A program made the position numbers and the translations under genes. From the human T2T-CHM13v2.0 reference genome, Homo sapiens, in NCBI RefSeq assembly GCF_009914755.1, contig NC_060932.1: a stretch of DNA of 64,000 nt. The stretch is one strand, 5' to 3'. The notes below the pieces were generated by a model, which did no database searches, was not told where the DNA came from, and saw nothing but the letters and a program-made list of their open reading frames with translations. Numbering within the stretch: position 1 is the first letter of the stretch; every line of letters starts with the position of its first letter. This document shows positions 28,913 through 42,712 of this stretch, in pieces.

Positions 28913-30804
28913 TATTTTTTTTAACGACTTGGTTATGGTGTTTATGCATACCCCTTGTAACTTTTATGTCTTAAAAGTCTAGAATATTTTATTAGTAATC
29001 TTGTATCTCACATCAAGACACTCTTTTGAGGAATTCTCTGTTGAGCTGGGGTATAGTGTAACACCAAATCATTTGAAATTGCTGAGAAAAGTTGCAGTGA
29101 TCTCAAATTTGAAAGAAGTTATTTTCATTTATATGGGAATACTAAGAAGAAAGGAACTAATCAAGATAAAACAGTTGATACATAATTATCTTATTTAAAG
29201 AGAAGGGTTTGTCATTATTTAGCCATACAAAATCTGACCACAAATTCTAGATCTTTGTATTTTGGTCTTTTGAATCCCACCCCATCCCCAACCCTAACCT
29301 TCACCCTTTGGTACCTTAGTCTCCTCACATTGCCCTAAACACAGAGAGACAGACTAGACCACTCACAGGCAGGTGACTGAACACACACACATATGAGGGA
29401 GTTCTATGGGGGAGAAGTGGCATCTTCTGCCTGCCCAGGAGGTAACTCCCATTGTTCTATAAGGATGAGTAAGATGCTACATACTAATATCAGTAACATA
29501 GGGTTCTTAAATAGCCTTGCACGTAGTTTGCCCAGAATGCCTATTTTTGTGTAGGGTGGGCCAAACCCGTATTATAGTTCTATGATGCCAAGCCAAATTT
29601 ATTAAATCAATAAACTCTTCTAAGATTCTGAGAGGCAAACAAGTCTTTCCCGTCTTGTAAATTATTCCCAAATTCCAAAGGGCAAAAGCTATTGGAAAAA
29701 TCATCTTAGTGACATTAAGAGTTTTATGCAACAGAATAATAATTAGTCTAGATATGTGTTTTGCCCTTAATGCCATTTTTATTCACTCAGCCAGCAAATA
29801 CTTATTAAATGATTACTGTACTCAGGCACCATTGTAAGGGCTGAGTAAAAGGAAGTGAATAAGAAAGAAAAAAACCTCTTTTGGGGAGAAAGGGTTGCAG
29901 GCAGGCCGCTTCATTCTCAAATCGCAGATTATATTCTAAAACATATCCAAGATTCACATTCTAAAATATACTATTCAACCTGAACACATTCTATAAAACT
30001 AATACAGTGGAGTATGACTGGAGTATTAAATTCATTTTTACTTCAGTGCCCATTGTTACGCCTCATTGTTATTTAAATTCAGACTTGTCCATTAAAAGGT
30101 CTATTTGTAATTCACTGAAAAAAATAGATGATATGATAGATATTGTAAATAGAGGACTTATCAAGATAAGGTAGAAATATGAGCACAAGGTAAATTTTGT
30201 TAACCATCGCTAATTGACCTGTGCTTTCTAAATTTCTAGGTTTAAGGAAACTAGTATTAAAACAATGTGATTTTTAATGCCAATATTTACACAATTTTTG
30301 TAAGAGGTAAAATGTAATTTGAGCAAATAATGTAAATATAAGAGAACCAAAAGAATTTTATTTCTATAAGAAAATAATTTCAAAATATGTGAACACATGC
30401 TTATGAGTATGCTTAACCAAACCTATTACATATATTCAAAACTATTTCCATTTTCTGTTAGCCACTCATGAGAAAGAAATAGTTCACGGGTTGTCTAGTG
30501 ATTGTAGAGTTGCTTCATTTGACTTTTAAAGTATCATTTTAACTAGAATTACCTCCAGTTTATGGGAAAATGTAAAGACTCTACAAATTGCATTGGTTAA
30601 AAGTAATCCTAAAAAATGGCACTGTAACCATGGAAATATCATTTAGACTCATAAAATTTTAACCACACTTTTTTTTTATTCCCTTTCTGGTTTCTATGTT
30701 GCCTCTGTTCACTGTGGCATGTTAGGTGCATATTCCACCCAATTTTCTTATGACTTAACTGTTTAGTTTTTAAATGGGAGAATTGTCTGCCAGTGAAGAG
30801 AGAC

Positions 30805-31436
30805 TGAATGGAAGAACACTTAACATGAGATCTACCATCTTTAAAACATTTTAAGGGTACGATACAGTATTGTTGACTATGCAATGTTGTACAGCAGATC
30901 TCTAGAATTTATTCATCTTGCTTAACTGAAACTTTATGCCCACTTATTAGCAACACCTTCATTTCTCTCTGCCCCCTGGTAACTACCATTTCACTCTTTG
31001 ATTCTACAAATTTGACTATTTTAGATACCTCATATAAGTGAAATCACACAGTATTTGTCTTACTGTCACTCAGCATAATCTCCTCAAGGTTCATCCATGT
31101 TGTTACACATTACAGATTTTCCTTCTTTTTTAAGGCTAAATAATATTTCCTTGAATGTATATACCACACTTTACAAAATCCATCCGTCAGTGGACATTTA
31201 GGTTATTTCCACATCTTGGTGATTTTGAATAGTGCTGTAATGAGTGTAAGAGTACACATAACTCTTTGAGATCCTAATTTCAATTTCTTTGGATAAACAC
31301 ACAGTAGTGGGATTGCTGGGTCATCTGATAGTTCCCTTTTTATTTGGGGAGAGGGGGACCTCCATACTGTTTTCCAGAGTGGCTGCATTATATTGCATTC
31401 CCACCAACAGTGTGCAAGCATTCCAATTTCTCCACT
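30805..31436 (-). mobile_element. L1MA/MB 3' fragment
   Basis: Reverse L1 3'UTR/ORF2 end. ORF 31203..31421 (…CWWECNIMQPLWKTVWR…DPAIPLL…) is decayed L1 ORF2 C-terminus. Confidence 0.9.
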
Positions 31437-31559
31437 TATCTTTGTATTCTAAGAATACACATAAAAGTAATTCTCTTTATCCTATTAAACAATGAATTTT
31501 TGGATTCCTGACACAACAATGTTCTATTCCTTGAATTTTCTGGCACTACCATTATATGA

Positions 31560-31685
<126 letters not shown>

Positions 31686-33174
31686 TAATTATCCTCATTT
31701 CTTTCTTCCAGAGCTACATGATAGTAATACTCCTGTTTCCTACAATCTATAAGAACACTGGAACCTTTAGTTGTGTGTTTTTTTACATTCCAAACCTAAA
31801 ATGTTTTGAATACGTAAAATATTCTACACAGAAATACCAGAAGCTATTTATTTCTTAGAAACATCCAGCAATTCATTGAAGTAAAGTGTTAAAGTGTATA
31901 CATATTACACAAGCCAATTCCCCTACATTGTATTTATTGAATAGATTAATAGACTTTTCTGGGAAAAGGTAATTAACTGTAAATGCTGACCTCTCACTGC
32001 CTTTTCCAGAGGTTGTTGAACTTCTGTGGCCTAAGTATTTTATCTGCCAAATAGCTAGAAATTCTTTTCAAGTTTATTTTTTAATGCTCCAAATACAAAT
32101 ATAATTGATTCATTTCCCAGTGTTTCACAGGCACAGGACTTTAATGATTTTTTTCTAGCTATTTTTTAAAATATTGAGTATGATGAGCTGTAAAAACTCT
32201 AAAAACAGAATAAAAATAAATGAATAGACAAAAGACAATGTTCATTTGATAAATACCAGGGCAAGAAATTTGTACTTGAACAAGCTAAGAAAGTCATTAA
32301 CAGCAGTATTTCTGGAAACTAATGGTATACCTGCTCAAGCTACACTGAATCTAATAATCTGTGACAAAAGAAATGGCAACAGGTATGAACACATTTCATT
32401 TAATCTGAAATTGAAAGAAAAGAAAGTGGGGCACTTTTCTTCCCCAACTTTTTTCATACCTCAACAGACAAAATCACAATGGAAAAGAGATTTATTGCCA
32501 AAATGTTGCTGACCTTTTACAATTCTTGCCCCATATTCTGGAAGTTAATTGATTAAAAAAAAAAAAAGTACATTTTCATGGACTGGCACAAAGATTTTAT
32601 CCAGATAGCATTCAAGTTGCAAAGAGGCATCCTCTAGCTCAGTCCCTTGCATGGTGCACCTTTGTCACCCACCAGCCAGGACTGTGCCCAGCTGGTTCTC
32701 CCCTCATTAAGTCTCTCACCGGCACAACCATGCTGCACTATCAGCCTTGCCCTGCCTAAGGATCTTCCCTTCTAAACCTTCGCTGTCTTTAGAATGTCTC
32801 TGAATATGGAAAATCACAAGCTCCGGGGTTGCCTGCTCCAGGATAGCCTGAGATGAAATGAAAGTTCAGGCCTTTGGAAAGCTGGTAAGAATTCTTTTCA
32901 CCTGGAATCTGATAAGTATCCCGGAAACCTTATGCATATTTGATATTTTCTGCCTTGCCACAGTTTTAGGAATACATTTTAATAATATTAAGTAACATTT
33001 CCTAAAAGTAAACCTTCCTAGCCTGTAGTCTACTGGAAATAATACCTACCCCTGCTATTTAAAGCTGTGTGAATTGAACAAGTTCTGGAATCACTTTGGG
33101 CCTTAGTTGTTTCAAAAATGTGGAAAACAGCTTATCTTTAAAAAGGCAGAAATCTGAGAAAATAAGATATAGCG

Positions 33175-33175
<1 letters not shown>

Positions 33176-33215
<40 letters not shown>
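33176..33215. repeat. (CA)~20 microsatellite
   Basis: Read directly from the sequence. Confidence 0.98.
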
Positions 33216-33217
<2 letters not shown>

Positions 33218-33929
33218 GAAAAACTGAGAGGATTTTTATTTTATTCCAAGTCAGGAAGAAACGGAAAGAAAACAATACTGTTTCCATTTTCACTACCTTC
33301 CAGGAACAATGCTGAGTTTTTTATATATGTCTTGTCATTACTGCCTAAAATAACTTCGAGGAGTAGCTATTTCACAAATAACTGATTTTAGAAAGATTAA
33401 GTAACTTCCCCAAGCTCACACTGCTCATAAGAGGCAGAATCAACCTGCAGTCAGGGTCCGTAAGATTCTAACACCCTTAGATATTTTCATTGTATTAGGG
33501 TTTCCACAAATTTTATTAATTTTGATATGTATAGTACCCTTTTGGTTTGTGCCAAATCTATGCATCAGTGGTACTATTTTTTACTTACTTATTAAATTAC
33601 CTCATTATTTAAAATAAATGTATCTTTTACACTAAACTTTAGTTCACTCTAATAAATGAAAAACCAAGCATCTCTTTTCATAAGTTGGAGAAATATTTAA
33701 AATAAATATAATGAAAGGACAAAATTTAAAAAAAAACCTTGATATTTGTGACCAAAAAACCCTGTGTTCCTGCTGTCCTCTCCTGTTTCTCTCTCAATCT
33801 CTCTTTCTCCCATTAAAAAGAATAGACAGTACTAGAGAAATGTTAAGACTGACACAAACATAAACTTTCTCATTAATGCAATCCAAAGAACTGGAAGAGC
33901 AGTGTTCTCACTACATGAGTCAATGTTTA

Positions 33930-34545
33930 TATTTTATTGTATATTGATAAATTATAATTGCATATATTTAAGGGGTACAAAGTGATGTTATAGTGTATGT
34001 ACACATATGTAGAATGATTAAATAAAGCTAATTAACATATTCATCACCCCAAATACTTATCAATTTTTGTGATGAGAACATTTGAAATTTACTATCTTAG
34101 CAATTTCGAAATATACATTGCACTGTTATTAACTATAGTCACCATACTGTGCAATAGATCTCAAAAAACTTACTCCTCCTCTCTAACTGAAATCTTGTAC
34201 TCTTTGACAGACATCTCCACATTTCCCTCACCTCCCTGTTTCTCGTAACCACCATTCTACTCTCTGCTTCCTACCTCTGTTTTAGATTCCACATAGAAGT
34301 GAGAACATGCAGTATTTGTCTTTCTGTGCCTGGCTTATTTCATTTAACGTAATGTCCTCCAGGCTTATCCATGGTGTTATAAAAGCCAGTCCTTCCTTCT
34401 TTTCTTAAGGCTGAATAGTATTCCATTGTGTATATATGCCACATTTTCTTTATCCATTCACCCATTGTTAGAAACTCAGGTAGATGCTACAGCTTGACTA
34501 TTGTGAATAATGCCACAATAAATATGAGAATGCAGATATCCTTTC
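33930..34545 (-). mobile_element. L1MA-type 3' fragment
   Basis: Reverse L1 3' end. Flanked by tgagtcaat(g/a)ttt on both sides (~33916 and ~34550), a probable TSD. Confidence 0.88.
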
Positions 34546-36963
34546 ACTATGAGTCAATATTTTTAATGAATCTTCCCATATAACAATATATTGGGCAGCC
34601 CTAGCAGTTTGTGCATCTCCCCAAAACCCCCGGGAAACGCAGAGCTCAATCCTGCTGATCTGCATTTCGTGCTTGACAAGTTGATGTCACTGAATGATAT
34701 TCTGACTGGATGTCACCCTCCAGCACTTTTTTTTTTTTTTGCGCAACTTTCTACTTGAAGTTGGAAGAAACTCTGCATGCAGATCGACTTGTTATATCAC
34801 ATTGGAAAAGTACCCCACATTTTACAGAGTTTGATACCTCACAATTGTTAAAAGTGAGACAGCATTTCCATGCCATGTATTCCAAATCCCTGAGGATCTC
34901 AGCAGGCAGATGGCCCTCTAGGTCACTAGCCACTGCTGACAACATGGATGCCCTCACCTGGGCTCTGTCTGTGACATGTCTAATGATTTCCATCAAAATA
35001 GGATATTGCCTTCTCAAATGTCCTCATTTTTAACAAGGAAAGCTTATGACACACACAATGAAAAGAACACTTAAAGTCATAAATACTGTATACACATTTG
35101 TTTCTATAGAGCAAGTTGATTGTAGAGAAGCTGCCAGGCTAGTGCCCAAATGTTCCTGAGATAGTTCAATAAATATCTCTTTACAAGCCTGTTATTGCCT
35201 TTCAAAGGATGTAAGGTCTCAACATTCCTAATTAATACCATAGGTTTTGTCCAAAGGGAATAGGAAGAAATTAACACAAAAATACTGAAATAGATACAAA
35301 TAATTTTGAATAAACCTTCTATTTATATAACACAGAACTGGTTGAGCATTAGCTGCTAAATATAATAGTATTACTATTTGGGTAACAATGATGTTGAGAG
35401 CTTAGGCATGATCTAAATTGCTGTAAATAGGAGAGAGTGTATGACACACAATGGTAAGAAATAAAGGCTGTATGAACAAAGCACTGGGTTAGTTACAGCC
35501 AAATATGAAGACTTACGTGACTTGAGCAAATGACTTACCTCTCTGTGCCTCAGTTTTTTAATCTATAATATGAGTATAAGGATGGCACTTCCCTCATGGT
35601 GCTGGTGTGAATATTAAATGGAAAAAAATATTTAAAGTACTTAAAAGGGGGCTTGACATATAGTAAGCCCTCAGTGCATGTAAGTTTTTAACTAAATAAG
35701 TTAAGCCTCAAAGTCTTACTGCCAAGGAAAAAGCAGTGACAAAACTATTTAAAGAACCCAGGTATATTAAGGAGAAAATTTCAGTTTGGTGTTCTCTAAC
35801 AATTAACTAACAGGTCCTCATCTCCCACTTTAACCTAAAGAATCAGACACTCATACTTTGTTTCAAACAATAGCTAATTAGATTTTAATAACAAATGAGG
35901 TTCAGAAAAGGATGGACAGAGGAAGAGGCTGTGTCACAGTAGAGAGGCATCCAGGGTATGCCAGTTATAACATGCCCCCTTAGCACACCTACACAATGCT
36001 TTGGATCAAGAGAAAAACATTTTTCATGACACTTGCAATTACAATCAAACATGAAGCAGGATGGTGTATGAATTTCCATATGTACATTCTAAACATGGCA
36101 TGGTTCTATTTGTACTGCCACCATGGAAAAATTAGATATTTTTTTCAAATGAAAACTGGAAATGAAGAAAAAGATGTCAGAGAAAGATCTACTTCTTCTA
36201 CTCTGTTAGTCATACTATCAAAGTCTTGGGCTATAAGATGTTAAATGCTTAAAATACATGATCTAATATCAACAGGGGTACCTAAAATACAGACAGTCAC
36301 ATAAACATTTCATAATTAATTACGCTGATAGGTGTCATATGTTATTATGTCTAAATGAGACAGCTTTCAAATCTCAAAACAAAAAATCTGTTACCATCAA
36401 TGATGATGTTAAGGGCTAAAAAGTTTATAAAGTAAAAATATATATAAGAGATAAGTATGAATTCTACATAAAAATCAATTACATCTAAAAAGCACTTGAA
36501 AATGCTCTTTATATAATCATGTGCATAGCTTCTCACCTCAGTACTGATTGCACTTCAGTCCTCTGAAACTTACCTGTGTGCCAGAGAATCAATCTTTGTT
36601 CCTGTAAAATATAAAATATCATCTGTTTTTTTAAATCATTTACCTTTGCTATAGGAAAAATAATATTAATAATATAAATTTAAATCACCTGAAATTGTAT
36701 ATTTATATGAAAACTAATAACTTTGAGATAAGGCCCAATTATTCTAAAACTTTACCCAGAATTTTAAATGATTTCAAAATTTAAGATATATTTCATTTTC
36801 TGATATTCATGGGCATGTTTGATCTCCATTATTTACTGATACTAAGCAACAAATAGATTTTTCTTTGAGTTGTTTCTATCAACTTAAAGAGAGTAACTAT
36901 ATCTGGAAGTATTGATATATTAGATTGAAAAATTTAGCCAAAAAGAATGACGTGAGCAAGATG

Positions 36964-37103
36964 GCAGAATAGGAAATCTGAGGCTTAATTTCCTTTTCTC
37001 CCCACCAGAAAGTTCAACTAGCAACTATCCATTGCAGAATAGGAAATCTGAGGCTTAATTTCCTTCTCTCCCCACAAGAAAGTTCAACTAGCAACTATCC
37101 ATT
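36964..37103 (+). repeat. 70-bp tandem duplication within an L1M 5'-end-like fragment
   Basis: Units 36964-37033 and 37034-37103 differ at 2 positions. The start 'gcaagatggcagaatagga' resembles an L1 5' terminus. Confidence 0.9.
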
Positions 37104-37349
37104 GACTAGAATATGCTTTTGAAAGATTCAGCCATATCACTAATTTTTTATTCCTATGCAAGATATGGTATTTTCTATATAAGTAATAAAACTGGTTATA
37201 TCTTTTCATAACCCAAACAGATCCAATCCATGAGTCAATTACATTGAAATATTCAATGGCTATTTGCTATTATTAATACTTTATAAGTATGCAGCTATTG
37301 ATAGAGCATAGAGATAAGAAGATTTGGTGAAAAATATACTGATATCTTC

Positions 37350-38245
37350 TATTGTATTCTCACAACACAGAACACTTCTATGACCAAATGTGGTGGTAGA
37401 GGGGTTTCCCCACAAAGCAAGCTATTCTCCAGTGGATACCAACTGGGTGTCCTATAGTTGATTCAGTTCACAGTATCTATCTGGAGATAGCATCCGAACC
37501 CACAGGTTAAGGACTCAGTCCCACAAGACCACCCTTCCCACTCCCCCATTTCATGTACCAGTGCAAGTCCCAGCTTTTTACCTGTGCTCTGCCCTACTGG
37601 CTATAAATCAAGGTTCCCATGTACCCCCTCCTTGTGTTCAATATTTTTCTAGGATGGCTCACAGAACTCAGGGAAACACTTCACTTATATTTACTGGTTT
37701 ATTATGTAACAAAATTATAAACAATACAGATGAACAGCCAGATAAAGAGATACATAAGGTAAGGTCTGGAAGGGTTTTGAGCACAGGAGCTTCTGTCCCA
37801 GTCAGTTGGTATGCACCCTCCTCCTGGCGTGTGGCTATTTTCACCAAGTGAGAACCTCATTAAATTTCATGTTCAAGAGTTTTATAGCACTTAAGCTCCA
37901 GCACCTCTCACTTTCCTTGAGGTCAGTGGGTAGGGCTGAAAGTTCAAACCCTCTAGTCATTCAGTCTTTCTGGAGACCAACACTATCTTGAGACTATCTA
38001 GGGGCCTTGCCCTAAGTCACCTCATCATCATAAACTCAAGTGAGAGCAAAGGGCTTGTTATGAATAACAAAAGACACTGCTATCACTTAAGAAATTACAA
38101 GAACTCCAGAAGCTCTGTACAAAAACCAAATATTATAATGAAAGATGCTCCTATCACCCTTATCATTTAGGAAATTAAAAGGGTTTTAGGAGCTCTGTGC
38201 TAGGAACCAGAGACTAAGACCAAAAATATATATTCCTTATTATGT
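37350..38245 (-). mobile_element. MER21-family LTR
   Basis: 'caacacagaacacttctatgaccaaatgtg…agactaagaccaaaaatatatatt' matches the reverse MER21 termini. Confidence 0.8.
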
Positions 38246-38845
38246 AGAAGAAAAAAATACAGAAATCCAGTTTCAAAAAAGCATTGTTCATCACCCCCTT
38301 AAAAAGGTCAATAATGTTTATTTAAAGTTTATTAAAGTTATGTGCACATATGCAAGTAAATATTCACAATTCTTCTTTGTGACCCAGAAGCTAATTCCCT
38401 GTGCTCTTTCACTTGCTGATATTGTTAGCAGAAGAGGATCTCCAAAACAGTGCAAAAGATGCTTGCCGCCATTGGCTTCCTAACGCTCATTTGCCAAAAC
38501 TCTGCTAATCAAAATAGTTCCCAGTGCCCAAAGTAAATCTAAAAGTAACTCCCACCAAGGACCCACGTTTTTAGAGGAAGGTTTGTTGGGAACATGTCAT
38601 TGCCAACCTTCACACAAGGGGAATCAATATTCTGTCATGTTGATTTCAAATCAAGTATTTATTTAATGTGACCCTCAGGTAAGTGCAGAAATATGTGATT
38701 GTGTGCTGGATTTATTTGATCACCTTCAGTAAGACCCTGGTCAAGTGACTTTCTTTCTTTGTGTCTCAGGATTCTCTTCATTAAAATGAGCATTTGTGAA
38801 ATACAGTATAAATGATTTAGTTTTGGATGTACAGTGCAGACCCAG

Positions 38846-38911
38846 GATGGATGGATGGATGGATGGATGGATGGATGGATGGATGGATGGATGGATAGGT
38901 AGGTAGGTAGG

Positions 38912-38968
<57 letters not shown>
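38846..38968. repeat. Compound tetranucleotide STR (GGAT)n(GGTA)n(GATA)n
   Basis: Read directly from the sequence. Confidence 0.98.
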
Positions 38969-38969
<1 letters not shown>

Positions 38970-41818
38970 CACATATACACTAAGTAACACCACACCTTGT
39001 TTGCTCAGCAAGTAATGCCAGGTGTAGATGATACAACAGAAAGAAAGCCAGGCAAACACAGTGCCCTTCCTCTTTATCAAAGTTCAGTCTAGTCATCATG
39101 AGTCTTGTGGATTACCCCAGTCAAATCCCAATGAACAGATGATGTTAGAACCTTTTGTTCAGGTCTATAACATGTGGCTTATTAGAGGAATCTGATTATA
39201 AAGGAAAAAGCCCTTCCAATTAAGTTTGTTTTCTTATTTGGGAACAGATTTGTTCACAAAAATCTAGGAGAGAATTCAACTTTTACTGAATTATTTCAAT
39301 AATTTATTGAATAAAAATGCTCTAATGTTTTATTTATCTTGATCTATACCAGGATAATCATATAACTGACGATTTTTCTAAATTCTATATTCTCATATAA
39401 TGAATAAAGGAAAACATAGGTAAGTGAGTTGGTATCTGAAATCTATTTCAAAAAGTAACCTGCAGAGGATATGGCATGATCATTCATAAAACAGATTAAA
39501 CCCAATTTCCAATTCCTTCTACATCTGTTATAATTCTGGAAATTCTTTTATAAACATGAAATAGAAGGTACTACAAGACTCTGAAATTCTGAGTTATCCA
39601 GTATTCTATTATATCCAGCATAATTTGAGTGTTAAAAGTGTTTTGGTAATATTACAAAGCTTTAAGTGGTTTTTTTTAAATTACCTATGTTTCCCAAATA
39701 TACTGATTTAAAAAAAAGGAGGGTTATGTATAGGATAATAGTGTATTTTTTTCACCATACTATTTCACTTACTGTCAGATTAATTTTATGCAATTTTAAA
39801 AATGAAGTCATTTTATTATATTGTAATCTTTGAATGTGTATACAGTAAATTTAATTAAATGAAAATTGTTAAACAACCGTGACAACCTTTCCCCCAGCTA
39901 TTCAGAATAATTATGAGTTAACTATATGTTTTCAAAGGGCTTTTAAAATTATTCCTGTAAAGCAATTAATTCCAAATAACATTTTTGTTGGCTATAAAAT
40001 GATTTTTAAAATATTTCTACTTGTAGTACTTGTAGTGCTAAAATTAATCCCATAAGGAACTGTGGAAAGCAGTCAAATGTGTAAAATTTCAAAGTTCATA
40101 ATCTTAGCATTAGTCAGCACTTGGCTTTTCGCACTAGCATTAACTTAGGCAATTTAGAGTACTATCCTAAAATTATCATTATCATTTCTAGCATTGGGAG
40201 TAAATAACGATTTTTAGACACTACATAATTAGTATGAAAAATCAAAAATCGATGCATGATCAAACATAAATTATGTGCCAAATAAAACTACTATAATCTA
40301 TCAATGCAACTAGTTAAATATGATTGTCAGTGATCCCAAAACACTCAAAATACAATCATCATTATCTTCAGAAAGTATCAGAGTACAATTGGAATAAAAT
40401 AAGAGAAATGTTAATGTATGTGTAAGAGAACATCCAAGCAATGTGACTAAATTTTTTGAATAATTAAATTTTTACACATTTTAAATAAAATTATGTAACT
40501 CACGATAATTTTACTATAAAGTTAATTGTTCTTTTTACCTAATCAAAGTAGTTTTACAACATAAAAGGTCTTTTTCAGAGAAATGCCAAAAGCACGTTCT
40601 TAATTAAAATGATTTTTAATTAGTTCAAAACAGAACTTAAAAAAAATTTAGACAGAACTACTACAAATCAGGGAAAAGCAGGTAGAAGTTTATGGAAAAA
40701 TCCTAGTATGTTTCCACTAATTCCATCCCTTATCTCCTACTAATTATGAGGGTATGTATTTTCACATAAAGATTATCTGTGCTATAATTAGTGGTGTTCC
40801 CAGGCTGCCTCACTACAACGCTTCTTCCCGCAATTGGTCAGAACAGAATATCAGAGAAAGCTCTAGTCTGGGCAGACAGGCAAATCATTCATTCTCTGAT
40901 ATAAGAACTAATAATCAATCTGAGGATGATTCTTGCCCAAGAACCTACCTCACTGATTTATAATAGAAACCAAATGAAAATATACATATAAACTGTTTTT
41001 ATAAACTTCCACCCACTATAAGAATAAGTGTCATTATGATGATTGTCACCCATGCCCACAAGCTTAGCCCAGTTCCAGATCCTAAACACCCATTTCCATA
41101 CTCTAATGATAGAGACTGCATAGTCTATCTGGAGGGAATTAAGGGAGCCTTAGCTAGGTAACTCAGCTGTCTTTAATGTTGTTTCTAAAACCAACCCACC
41201 TCCCACTGGAGTTGCTTTCTGCCTTACTCTCTCTTGCCATCTTAGAAGATCTCACCTGAATTTATAGCTCAAAACCCCCTGACACTTCAATACCTCTCAC
41301 ATTCTGCCTGGCTATCTTACTGATCGTCATACTCTCTAGATTTTTGGCTTAATATTAATAAATAGTTCAGTCATTTAGCTGATTTAGACTCAATGTAACA
41401 AATTCTTTTCTAACCACGATTATCTACAAATAGAGCAAGCTGCCTTAAGAGTTCTGTATCATTTGAGATAGACAAGACACAGCTACATATTCATTGGCCA
41501 TGATTACTGTAAAAGACACTGCTGCTCTGTTTGCAAGATTAGACAAGATCACTGTACGATACTAATCACCAGCTTCACCACTGAACCACTCTGATTCTCT
41601 GATGCTTCTGGAGTTACAGTTCTGAAGACATCATTATGGTTCCTGACATCATTACATCTTATCAAACTAAAAAAATTATTCCTGTAGAATCCAAAATAAA
41701 TAGAATCTTATTAGAAAATTATTTGTGATTTCAGTTAAATGAAATGTACTCCAGAAACACAAATGATCTGTGTGTCTAGATGTTAAAACTATTACTGCAC
41801 TAACATCTTCATTAAAGA

Positions 41819-42133
41819 CAGTAGGTTTTGTTATTTCATACAGAAATGGAAAGATAAAAAGGCTAGGAAAATCAGCCATTTTCTATAGTATCATAGAATT
41901 TAAGTTACTGTATATGGTATGCTAAGATGTTTTATTTTCTTTCCTAAAACTGAAGCTAAACATAAAACAATACTATGAAACAATCATAAAAGGAAAAGGA
42001 AAAAGGAGGAACTTAATGTTAAAATAAATTTAACTTTATTTACCAAATCCACAGAAACTTTTCCTATAAGTATTATAAAGTGACTGTCAAACTTTTGCAT
42101 CATGTTTTACTTTAGTTTATAAGATTGATTTAT
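41819..42133 (+). repeat. Left arm of 315-bp inverted repeat
   Basis: Reverse complement of 42713-43027 with only 2 mismatches (41823/43023 and 42038/42808). Confidence 0.97.
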
Positions 42134-42246
42134 CTTATATCACATATCTTGTATCTTATAAAGTACATCTTCATAATTAGACATAGAAAATGATATCATT
42201 AACTCTGAAAAAGAGGGTTCTTTTTTTTTAAATCACATATGGTAAG

Positions 42247-42602
42247 TCATATGGTTTGGCTGTGTCCCCACCCAAATCTCATCTTGAATGCCCAAGTATT
42301 GTAGAAGGGTTCTGGTGGGAGGTAATTGCGTAATGGGGGCACATCTTTCCCGTGCTGTTCTTGTGATGGTACATAAGTCTCATAAGATCTGATGGTGCTA
42401 TAGGGGGGAGTTTCCCTGCACAGGCTCTCTCTTTTTGCCTGCTGCCATCCATGTAAGATGTGACTTCCTCCTCCTTGCCTTCTGCCATGATTGTGAGGCT
42501 TCCCCAGCCACGTGGAACTGTAAATCCACTAAACCCTTTTTCCTTATAAATTACCCAGTCTCAGGTATGTCTTTATTAGTAGCATGAAAACAGACTAATA
42601 CA
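42247..42602 (+). mobile_element. THE1 solo LTR in the spacer of the inverted repeat
   Basis: tcatatggtttggctgtgtccccacccaaatctcatcttgaa…cagactaataca. 5-bp TSD gtaag at 42242-42246 and 42603-42607. Confidence 0.93.
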
Positions 42603-42712
42603 GTAAGCCATGTCCCAAAACAAATATCCATAAAGAATATGGTAGTTCTAATTATAATTTATGTTAGTATATTGTTTTCAATTTGAAATCAAAAGCTCTT
42701 TATACTGTGTCT

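Noticed and set aside
38741-39080. ORFs with IYLS/IHPS repeats (also 10270-10529 and 56509-56751)
   Set aside because: They are translations of microsatellites.
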